Below are positions 9,304-16,499 of a DNA stretch of 64,000 nt, one piece after another. Both the position numbers and the translations under genes were made by a program. How positions within the stretch are numbered: position 1 is the stretch's first letter; each line of letters begins with the position of its first letter. The DNA is from a virus: the IMG/VR virus record IMGVR_UViG_3300045988_075599, positions 6,354-70,353 of that record. The stretch is one strand, 5' to 3'. Below the pieces are notes generated by a model. The model was not told where the DNA came from, did not search any database, and saw only the letters and a list, made by a program, of their open reading frames with translations.

Positions 9304-9380
9304 CTGGCACGGGTTGCTGGAATCGAACCAGCGTATTGTAGGGTCAAAGCCTACCGCCTTCACCGCTTGGCTAAACCCGT
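9304..9380 (-). tRNA. tRNA-Gln (anticodon UUG), CCA encoded
   Basis: Hand-folded cloverleaf. Acceptor ACGGGTT/AACCCGT; D arm GCC/GGC; anticodon stem GTAGG/CCTAC with loop CTTTGAC; T arm GCTGG-TTCGATT-CCAGC; discriminator G then CCA. Confidence 0.85.
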
Positions 9381-9401
9381 ATCACTATTTGTATAAGAAA
9401 A

Positions 9402-10247
9402 CTAACGCCTACGCAAAGACTCCTCGTATGCACGCACACGGTCTCTCAAAGAGTTAATATAAGCAGTAGCTTCGTCACTAGCCTTTCCATAATATGGTTG
9501 CGGAGCGTCGTTATAACCCTGACTATCGAGCTGATAATAATCAGCAGCACTAGGCTGCGCAGAGGAATAGTCCATAGAGTAATAATCTGCAACGGATGGG
9601 CCAGTCATATCGAAGCCACCAGTAGAACCAGAGTCGTCAGGTACACCAAGTGCCGTAGCATCCTGAGCAGCTGCTTGACCATAGTTCTGTCGCATAGCCA
9701 TTTCATACTCCATCTGCTTACGACGTTTTTCCCTTTCATACGCTTCATACTCTGCCTGTGTATGGTCAATACCACCGTTGTCACTAAGGTATTTATGGAA
9801 ACCCCAGTTCACTCCTGTATTATCGCGGTTAGCAATTTGTTCATCTGTCCACCCTGCATCTTTCATGAGCTGGATGCCTTTATCGTTGATAGTATCACCA
9901 GTGTTGGCATACGTCAGCGGTGCATTAGGAGTTTCAGACGGCAGAGTACGTGTAGCAAATTCATAAGAACCTGCTGCTGGTGTCGGCTTCAGTTGCTGGC
10001 CAGAGTCGATAGCTGCCCTGCCACGGTTAGCAGACTGTACCCAAGCGTTGCTATCATCGTGAAGCGGAGCTGAGAACTTATTACGAAGCCGTTCTCGTTC
10101 CTTGTCATATTCAGACATAGGGGCATCCGACTGTGCGTCTGGCTGTCTGCCAGCTGCGATGTTATAAGAATTGGCGAGAGCTGTAGCCGCCTGATCTCTC
10201 TGGACGTTATCTTGTCGAGGAATACGCCTCGTGTAATTGATTGCCAT
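9402..10247 (-). CDS. hypothetical head-module protein
   Basis: ORF track. The start overlaps the portal stop (TAATG). No motif recognised. Confidence 0.45.
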   Translation of the reverse strand: MAINYTRRIPRQDNVQRDQAATALANSYNIAAGRQPDAQSDAPMSEYDKERERLRNKFSAPLHDDSNAWVQSANRGRAAIDSGQQLKPTPAAGSYEFATRTLPSETPNAPLTYANTGDTINDKGIQLMKDAGWTDEQIANRDNTGVNWGFHKYLSDNGGIDHTQAEYEAYEREKRRKQMEYEMAMRQNYGQAAAQDATALGVPDDSGSTGGFDMTGPSVADYYSMDYSSAQPSAADYYQLDSQGYNDAPQPYYGKASDEATAYINSLRDRVRAYEESLRRR

Positions 10248-12271
10248 TAGTAACCTCCTACTCCATTAGTCGGTTCAGCAGGAGCCCCGTTGGGAACCCT
10301 GTTATCCGCGGGCTGCTGACCAATTTGTTTATCTGGAGAGAGGGCATCACTGCCTTGTCGCACAGTGGAAGTAACTGCCCCTCCTGCTCCTTGTGGTGCA
10401 GATGCGTTCTGCATAGGCACTGCACTCTGACCAGTGTTGTTAGTATTTGTCGGTAACGTGTGATTCAAGAATACTACCTGCACATAGGGGGGAAGTGAGT
10501 AGAGAATCTGAATCGGTAACGAGCCATACTGGAAGTAGTAAGCCACAACATCAGGGGGGAGAGTCTGAAGTGTAGTCTGAATAACCTGCGCTTCGAGCAT
10601 AGCACGCTGCTGTGTAACAACAGGGTCAGTAATGTAGTCACCTGTATTTTTCATACCCATGTTTTCCATCCAACGCTTAACGATGTTGTAGATGTTATGG
10701 GGAGTTGCAACTGCAACACCTGCGGCGTTCACCTGCATAATGGCGGTCATGAGAGTCTGAAGCTGGGTATTCATAGCTTCCTTACTCTGAATGGAGAGAC
10801 CAGCGTTTACAACCAAATCGAAAGAGCCAGACAAGTCATCTGGTTTGATTTCCATTGGTTCCCCTGTTAATCGGATAACAGTATTTTGGTCAATAAACTT
10901 TTGGTTCAAAGATATAAGAAAACGATATAGTTCATATACACCCGTTTCAGCAAACATACGAGCAATAAGTTCCAGTCGCTGATTAGATGCGTTCATGATG
11001 GCGTTGATACCGCTTGCGGTTTTGTTCAAGCTGGAAGCATCAAGACCTTGGTTATATCGCGTGACGCCTGTACGCTGTTCCTTCTGCCCTTCAGTCCATT
11101 CAAGGAAGTTGAATGTGTAAGGGGCAATCTGGTTGACAGGCATAGACATCGCAACGTCATTCATCTGATATCCTGGTTTCTTACGAATGACGGCACGACC
11201 TTTGTTGAAGTCATCAACATTAATTGCGTCTGGTGCCAGAATCATCTTAGGGTCATTCGTCAGCGCTAGGTTGTGGATAATCTGACGAATCAGTGCCACC
11301 TTCAGATTCTGGATTTCGCCTACGAGTTCGGCATAAGAACGTTTAGACCAAATACGGTGTGGGTCTTGTGTCGGGGAAATCGCGAAGAATGGATGTCTAC
11401 CCATGTAGTTCGGTTCGCAACGCAGGATATGGTCTTGACACAGTGTGATAATCATATCCTCAAGAATGCCATCACCGTTGATATCAATCTTCGTGTAGCA
11501 CTCGTATAGAGTTACCTCTTCACGAGCTTCTTCGGCGGCGGAGTGGAAACCGTAATACTGGTCGCCAAGCACTTCTTCCATTTCAGTATCGGCTTCATCA
11601 AGTCCATACTTGGAGTGCCAATGCTCTGGCTTCACCTCTTCGACATTAGCATATACACCCTGTTGCTCCATCTTTCTGAGGTAAGACATAGTAACCCGTT
11701 TCTTGTGGGCAACAAAGTTTGCTTCGTCAAGAGTCTTTGCATCTGGCGAGTATAAGAAATCAGAAATAAGAATGTTCTCAATCTTTGGAGCATTCTTCAA
11801 ATAAAAAGTGGAGTCGTAAACAACAGTATAATCGCCATACTTATCGGGGGCAGAGATAGATTCGACCTTTACACCAGTGTTAATCAGGGCTTGTAAGCTC
11901 TGAAAGTTGAGAACACACTGTACAGGTTCATAGCCCTCCTCTCTGTCCCAGTAACATTTAACAACACCAAGACCAGTGATAAGGGCATCTTTCATCCAGT
12001 TATACAGAATCGGGAAGAAATGATTCTGCCTCTGCAACTGGAAAGAAATAAGGTCTTGCATAATCTCTGCGTTATGGTCATCTTGTGCATCTACGCCAGA
12101 GATACTGATTACATCATCGCCGCCAGTGAATACCTTCATGAGGGATGGCAGTGCCCATTCGATAGTATCTGTTACATCGGTAGATACTACGGAAGATGTT
12201 TTACTGAGCTTTGGGAACATTCTCTTGTAATATTCCTTATCGGCAAAGTAAATCTGGTATCGCTCCTTCAT
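10247..12271 (-). CDS. portal protein (true start probably upstream, near 12386)
   Basis: TDTIEWALPSLMKVF and the overall layout are typical of podovirus-type portals. It lies downstream of the terminase. The ATG at 12271 has no SD, and the frame is open 38 codons upstream to a strong SD. Confidence 0.75.
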   Translation of the reverse strand: MKERYQIYFADKEYYKRMFPKLSKTSSVVSTDVTDTIEWALPSLMKVFTGGDDVISISGVDAQDDHNAEIMQDLISFQLQRQNHFFPILYNWMKDALITGLGVVKCYWDREEGYEPVQCVLNFQSLQALINTGVKVESISAPDKYGDYTVVYDSTFYLKNAPKIENILISDFLYSPDAKTLDEANFVAHKKRVTMSYLRKMEQQGVYANVEEVKPEHWHSKYGLDEADTEMEEVLGDQYYGFHSAAEEAREEVTLYECYTKIDINGDGILEDMIITLCQDHILRCEPNYMGRHPFFAISPTQDPHRIWSKRSYAELVGEIQNLKVALIRQIIHNLALTNDPKMILAPDAINVDDFNKGRAVIRKKPGYQMNDVAMSMPVNQIAPYTFNFLEWTEGQKEQRTGVTRYNQGLDASSLNKTASGINAIMNASNQRLELIARMFAETGVYELYRFLISLNQKFIDQNTVIRLTGEPMEIKPDDLSGSFDLVVNAGLSIQSKEAMNTQLQTLMTAIMQVNAAGVAVATPHNIYNIVKRWMENMGMKNTGDYITDPVVTQQRAMLEAQVIQTTLQTLPPDVVAYYFQYGSLPIQILYSLPPYVQVVFLNHTLPTNTNNTGQSAVPMQNASAPQGAGGAVTSTVRQGSDALSPDKQIGQQPADNRVPNGAPAEPTNGVGGY

Positions 12272-12424
12272 GGTAGGAATGATGACGGCATTCTGGTAAT
12301 CTTCTGCTTCTTTGATATCAGATTTGACGATTTCAATAATGTTATCGTTCAGGTCAGTGATATCAGTAATCTGTTCAGGGTCTATTTATATTACCTCCTT
12401 TCGTGACTCCTAGACATATAAGAA

Positions 12425-13876
12425 TTACAAACCACCTGCAAGCTCGATGTCGTCATCTGCTACATTCTCCCAAGCAGAGAGTGGAGCTGTTGCAATCTGG
12501 TCTACATATGCCAAGGCATCTGGGATATCATCGTGTAACCCTTTCGGGAATGTCAGAAGTTCTTCCTGCAACTTAGTAACCCAGTCCATACCAACAGGGA
12601 ACCAGATAGAACCCTGTGAGAATCTTGGCTGTAGTGCAGACTGGATACGAAGTTCCTTCTTTTCTTTCGCGGCAAGGTTCTCGATATAGAACCAGATATT
12701 ACGTCTAGGCATTTCCTTCTCTACGAAGTGCTTCATCGCCGCCTGAAATGCAACTTGTTCGATACCCACCGATACAGGGTGATACTTGGATACGTAATCA
12801 AACAGAACATTGATAGACTCAGAAGGATCCATGCGTTCAGCAGTACAATCAATAAGGAACCACTGATTAGCAGAATTGACAGCAGTAACCAGTACAACAG
12901 TATCATCGGCAGTCTCCTTTTTACTAACAGCTAAGTCCATCGTGATGTAGATATTACAGTTATGCCAGTCAAACTTAGACAGGTCGAAGTAACGGAAGTA
13001 TTTCTTTTTGAAGATAGCCATCTCTGGAGACAATGCAATACACATCTTCTCTCGTTCCCAGATGTCCAGCTTACCAAGTTTAGTAAAGTTATCACGCTCA
13101 TTGGCGATATCGTTTACTGGAAACATCTCTGGCCAGTTACTTTCTCCTGCTTCATTAAGAATAGGCACACGCATAAACGTAAAGTTCAGTTCATCAGGCT
13201 GTAATGCTACACGTTCGATGATACATTTAGCACCAAGGTTATTGCCAATCATAAAGATACGGCAATCTTTACCAAGGGAGAAGATATCAGACAGAAACCA
13301 ATCCCAGTCTTTATCCTGTACGGTATCAGACATAGAGTCTTCCAAGTCCTGTGGGTCGTCGATAACTACAATAGAAGGTCGAAGGTCATGCCAGTTAAGA
13401 CCACGGACAGAAGAACCTTTACCATATGCTTCCATATGGATAGTCATTGTCTGTTTTACCCCGTCAATCTCTTCACCAGTGTAGACTTCTACTTCAAATA
13501 CATCCTGACTTTGCTGATTAACCTTACGAAGGTTCAGATTCAGTAGGGAATTGTGCAGATATTCGTCTGCGATTTCTTTTAGTCGTGCGTTAGCACCCCT
13601 CTGTGTACTTTTAATAAGAACTACATACTGTCTTTTCTTGTTTGGGAATACAAGACAGTAGAGTGGGAACGCTCTGAGTACGATAGAAGACTTTGCTGAC
13701 TGTCGAAATCCTTCTACAGCGTAGTTGGAATCACCATCTAGCAGGATTTCACTCCATTTATAGTGATACCAAGGGGATTTTACGTCATCATCCAGCGGTA
13801 GGAACAGTCTTCTGAAGGCAACTAGGTTATTTTTCGCTGCTTCGTACGCTTTTTGCAGCTCTTCTAGCTGGCTCAT
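12425..13876 (-). CDS. terL: terminase large subunit
   Basis: ATPase motifs (EGFRQSAKSS Walker A-like, IVVIDDPQD Walker B) and a C-terminal nuclease-like region (TMDLAVS...DDIPDAL). Confidence 0.85.
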   Translation of the reverse strand: MSQLEELQKAYEAAKNNLVAFRRLFLPLDDDVKSPWYHYKWSEILLDGDSNYAVEGFRQSAKSSIVLRAFPLYCLVFPNKKRQYVVLIKSTQRGANARLKEIADEYLHNSLLNLNLRKVNQQSQDVFEVEVYTGEEIDGVKQTMTIHMEAYGKGSSVRGLNWHDLRPSIVVIDDPQDLEDSMSDTVQDKDWDWFLSDIFSLGKDCRIFMIGNNLGAKCIIERVALQPDELNFTFMRVPILNEAGESNWPEMFPVNDIANERDNFTKLGKLDIWEREKMCIALSPEMAIFKKKYFRYFDLSKFDWHNCNIYITMDLAVSKKETADDTVVLVTAVNSANQWFLIDCTAERMDPSESINVLFDYVSKYHPVSVGIEQVAFQAAMKHFVEKEMPRRNIWFYIENLAAKEKKELRIQSALQPRFSQGSIWFPVGMDWVTKLQEELLTFPKGLHDDIPDALAYVDQIATAPLSAWENVADDDIELAGGL

Positions 13877-13883
13877 GGTAGTT

Positions 13884-14135
13884 TTACACCCCTTTCTTTA
13901 AGGTTTCTAGGATAAAACGGGCGAATTGATCCATGCAACTTGTGTTTCTTGTCCCACATTTGTGCCCCAGAAACATAATTGCGGTAGTTTTGGCGTCTTT
14001 GCCGTCTAAAAGTTTAGCGATGGCAGACAAATTTCCCTGACAACCGCCGACAAAAGAGATATTTTTGAGTTTACCGCCCTCGATATCAAAGGAAATTTCT
14101 TTGCTACACACACTATTAGGTTTATAAGTATACAT
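13884..14135 (-). CDS. stand-alone TSCPD-domain protein (TIGR03905-like)
   Basis: MYTYKPNSVCSKEISFDIEGGKLKNISFVGGCQGN...CGTRNTSCMDQ matches the conserved layout of the small TSCPD family. SD AGGAGGT upstream. Confidence 0.65.
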   Translation of the reverse strand: MYTYKPNSVCSKEISFDIEGGKLKNISFVGGCQGNLSAIAKLLDGKDAKTTAIMFLGHKCGTRNTSCMDQFARFILETLKKGV

Positions 14136-14343
14136 TTTGCACCTCCTAAGTGATATAAGAAGAGAGAGAAAGAGAGAGATATGGAGATTCCTTTAGTATG
14201 GTAAAGGAATATGTAGATAGGGGCTTATATTTTTCTTGAGACTTGCATCTACGCGGTCGCGAGCGAGCGTGGGCATGCCAGACTGAAGCCCCACCCCCGT
14301 GGGGGGATGGGTATGGGGTGGCATGGAGGGCTGCACGCCCATG

Positions 14344-14382
14344 TTGTGCACTTGAATATATAAAATGATACAGAAGGAAGGA
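14344..14382 (+). promoter_or_regulatory. conserved 39-nt element, copy A (promoter-like, contains TATATAAAAT)
   Basis: TTGTGCACTTGAATATATAAAATGATACAGAAGGAAGGA is 36/39 identical to 14920..14958. In both copies it lies about 60 nt upstream of a plus-strand ORF. Confidence 0.5.
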
Positions 14383-14443
14383 ACAAATCAATCCCTTCCA
14401 AAAGTAGTCGTCACAAGAGTGACGGGAAAGAATAGGTGCTATT

Positions 14444-14878
14444 ATGGAAAAATCAACAGGATTCATGGGGAACATTGAGAGAGTCATCTCTCTCTCAAAA
14501 TGGGCTGAAATCGCCCACCTTACGGCGGAAAAGCCGCACAAGGTAGCGGAACACGACGGCGCAACCTTGTTTACCGCTAAAGTAGGGATTTTTGTTGATA
14601 CAAAATTTCCCACTAAGGCGGGGAATGTAACTACAACCGCCGTACTTGTTCCCCTTGACGGTGGCAAGGCGTTTGAGTGTGACGGTATCACACTCAAGTT
14701 TGACGGTATCCCGCCATTTATCTATGGCGGGCGCGGTGCAAGTCAGGTATTTACCGTTACGGATAGTAACGGCGATACCGTCAAAAGGACGGGCGGGCGT
14801 AAGTCCGCACAAGCGGAAATAGACGCCATGCGCAAACAACTTGACGCCATTATGGCGTTGTTGGCACAGAAACAGTAA
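14444..14878 (+). CDS. hypothetical 144-aa protein in a GC-rich cassette
   Basis: ORF track. Bracketed by conserved element A and a terminator. No motif recognised. Confidence 0.55.
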   Translation: MEKSTGFMGNIERVISLSKWAEIAHLTAEKPHKVAEHDGATLFTAKVGIFVDTKFPTKAGNVTTTAVLVPLDGGKAFECDGITLKFDGIPPFIYGGRGASQVFTVTDSNGDTVKRTGGRKSAQAEIDAMRKQLDAIMALLAQKQ

Positions 14879-14887
14879 AGCTAGCAA

Positions 14888-14917
14888 GAGAGAGGGGCGT
14901 AAGCCCCTTTTCTCTTT
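14888..14917 (+). terminator. rho-independent terminator of cassette A
   Basis: AGAGAGGGGC-gtaa-GCCCCTTTTCTCT. Confidence 0.7.
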
Positions 14918-14919
14918 AT

Positions 14920-14958
14920 CTATTCCCTTTTGTACACTTGAGTATATAAAATAATACA
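14920..14958 (+). promoter_or_regulatory. conserved 39-nt element, copy B
   Basis: TTGTACACTTGAGTATATAAAATAATACAGAAGGAAGGA. It starts 3 nt after terminator A. Confidence 0.5.
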
Positions 14959-15018
14959 GAAGGAAGGATGAAATACCTTCCAATGTGTTAGCCCGCAAGG
15001 GCGGAAAGGTAGGCTACT

Positions 15019-15150
15019 ATGAAGGTTATGGTAGAAGTGTACGAGCAGGTACATGGGCAAATCAACGTTGCCCGTACGCCAATGGAAATGCTGTTCATGG
15101 ACGTTTCCATCGCCGTCAAGGCGTTCGATAGGGTATTCCCTACGGAATGA
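15019..15150 (+). CDS. hypothetical 43-aa protein (cassette B)
   Basis: My translation gives MKVMVEVYEQVHGQINVARTPMEMLFMDVSIAVKAFDRVFPTE. GAAAGGTAGG upstream and a terminator 3 nt downstream. Too short for the ORF track. Confidence 0.35.
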   Translation: MKVMVEVYEQVHGQINVARTPMEMLFMDVSIAVKAFDRVFPTE

Positions 15151-15152
15151 CG

Positions 15153-15175
15153 GCAAGCAAGAGGGGGCGGAAACG
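15153..15175 (+). terminator. rho-independent terminator of cassette B
   Basis: GGGGGCG-gaaa-CGCCCC followed by TTTTTT. Confidence 0.75.
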
Positions 15176-15344
15176 CCCCTTTTTTCATGTCTATAAAAAA
15201 TAAAATTTTTCTTCTGTGCTCAGCCATTCTTCTACCAATTTTTCCCGCTGACTATAACGCGCGACGCGCCTCGTGCGTAGGGCAAGCTCTTAGGCTAGGG
15301 ATAGACATGAGGCAACCTACACCTGCCACGCAGGGTGAGGAAGG

Positions 15345-15556
15345 TATATAGGAGAAGAAGGGATAGGAATAGGATTTTCATAGGATTTTAGGGTATTTTA
15401 TAGGTTTTTTGGATTCAGAATCGGCAATCACATAATCGTAGAGGAAAACCACAACATAATCATAATATAATAAATAATTGAATATGGCTAACTAATTACA
15501 ATCACAACTTCCTACTCCTATACCGCTATACTACTATATACTACTACTCCCTATAT
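15345..15556. repeat. origin-like element: ATAGG iterons, an AT-rich spacer, then inverted CCTAT iterons
   Basis: ATAGG occurs at 15348, 15363, 15369, 15380 and 15400, with TAGGG at 15389, roughly helically phased. The AT-rich 15420-15510 contains ATAATCATAATATAATAAATAATTGAATATGG. CCTAC/CCTAT/GCTAT occur at 15511, 15517, 15525 and 15550. Confidence 0.4.
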
Positions 15557-15559
15557 ACT

Positions 15560-16170
15560 AATACTTAAAAGGTGGGCTAATAAATAATCTTTCGCCGTTT
15601 TACATTAGGATTTCTGCCAGCTTTCACTCACGAATTAAATTCGATTTCCCACGAAGAAACATGGACTTTTTGCCCTTATATCTAGCTTTCTATTCGAGCG
15701 GTTTATCCTCACTAGTGCATTAGTGCAGGTACGTGGAATGATAGGGAAAACTGGGAGGTTGACAATCCACCGATGGGGGCTTTTGTGCACTTAACCTGAC
15801 ATGATGATTTGCCAAGGTTGAAAGGCAGTCAACCAACGGCAGACAACTGAATATCCCGAACTGTATAAGCCTTGAGAGCTGATATTATGTTCGGGTAAGA
15901 ATTTGAGGTAGACCAGCACTTGGTGCATAAAAGCCTGGTAAACGCCAACAGAATCAATTAGCAGTGCCCAAAAGGTAGAAGTGAAGCGTACTCTTCAAAT
16001 CTACTTACGGATAAGCTGCTAATAATCCCTGGTTGCTCTGGGTGAGTGAGCAACAGTGAGTGTACACCTAAACCAATACTTGGTAGTGTATTCAGTTTTT
16101 CTAGTGGGTGTTTTCCTAATAAAAGCCCACTTCCATTTGTTTAATTTCAGTTGTTTTATTAAAGGGGGTC
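15560..16170 (+). ncRNA. ORF-free, hairpin-rich region: candidate large structured RNA or long leader (strand assumed)
   Basis: No ORF of 60 aa or more. Nested helices include CCCGAAC(15855)/GTTCGGG(15889), ATTAGCAG(15957)/CTGCTAAT(16016) enclosing GTAGA/TCTAC, GTTGCTC(16032)/GAGCAAC(16048) and AGTGGG/CCCACT. Confidence 0.3.
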
Positions 16171-16175
16171 ATCGT

Positions 16176-16370
16176 ATGACACTTAGAGAAATCGCAAGGG
16201 TATCTTGCACAAACCTGAAAGTTTATGTGGGGCACACATGTGTTTATTCCCCATTCAAAGGTGAACTGAAACCTTTCATGGATAGAAAGGTAACTTGGCT
16301 CGATTCAGAGGACGACGTTCTCGCAGTAGGGGTTAGCGAAAAAGAAGGTGAACGCAATGAAGAAGAATAA
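16176..16370 (+). CDS. small hypothetical protein (MxLxE-leader family)
   Basis: ORF trimmed to the ATG at 16176 after AAAGGGGGTCATCGT. Confidence 0.5.
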   Translation: MTLREIARVSCTNLKVYVGHTCVYSPFKGELKPFMDRKVTWLDSEDDVLAVGVSEKEGERNEEE

Positions 16371-16479
16371 AATCAGTCTCGAAGAGCATAACGATAATTT
16401 TATGCTCATGTTCGCTGGTATGCTTATGGGCGCGAGCATTTGTGCTATTGCCCATCTGTTTGTTAGCCTGATTAAATAA
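16357..16479 (+). CDS. hypothetical 40-aa single-pass membrane peptide
   Basis: My translation gives MKKNKISLEEHNDNFMLMFAGMLMGASICAIAHLFVSLIK. It overlaps the previous stop. Confidence 0.35.
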   Translation: MKKNKISLEEHNDNFMLMFAGMLMGASICAIAHLFVSLIK

Positions 16480-16499
16480 GGCTGTGAAAGGAGAAAATC

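Noticed and set aside
9189-9310. N-terminal extension of the 400-aa ORF (8108..9310)
   Set aside because: It would run into the tRNA-Gln gene and has no SD. A strong SD plus ATG at 9188 gives a clean scaffold start.
14146-14998. Minus-strand ORFs 14146..14697 and 14495..14998 in the GC-rich island
   Set aside because: They overlap each other and the better-supported plus-strand cassette (promoter-like element, SD, terminator). Long open frames on the opposite strand are expected in GC-rich sequence.
15345-15556. CRISPR array or mini-array
   Set aside because: The repeats are only 5-6 nt, irregularly spaced at about 6-15 nt and partly inverted. There are no repeat-spacer units of CRISPR dimensions and no cas genes.
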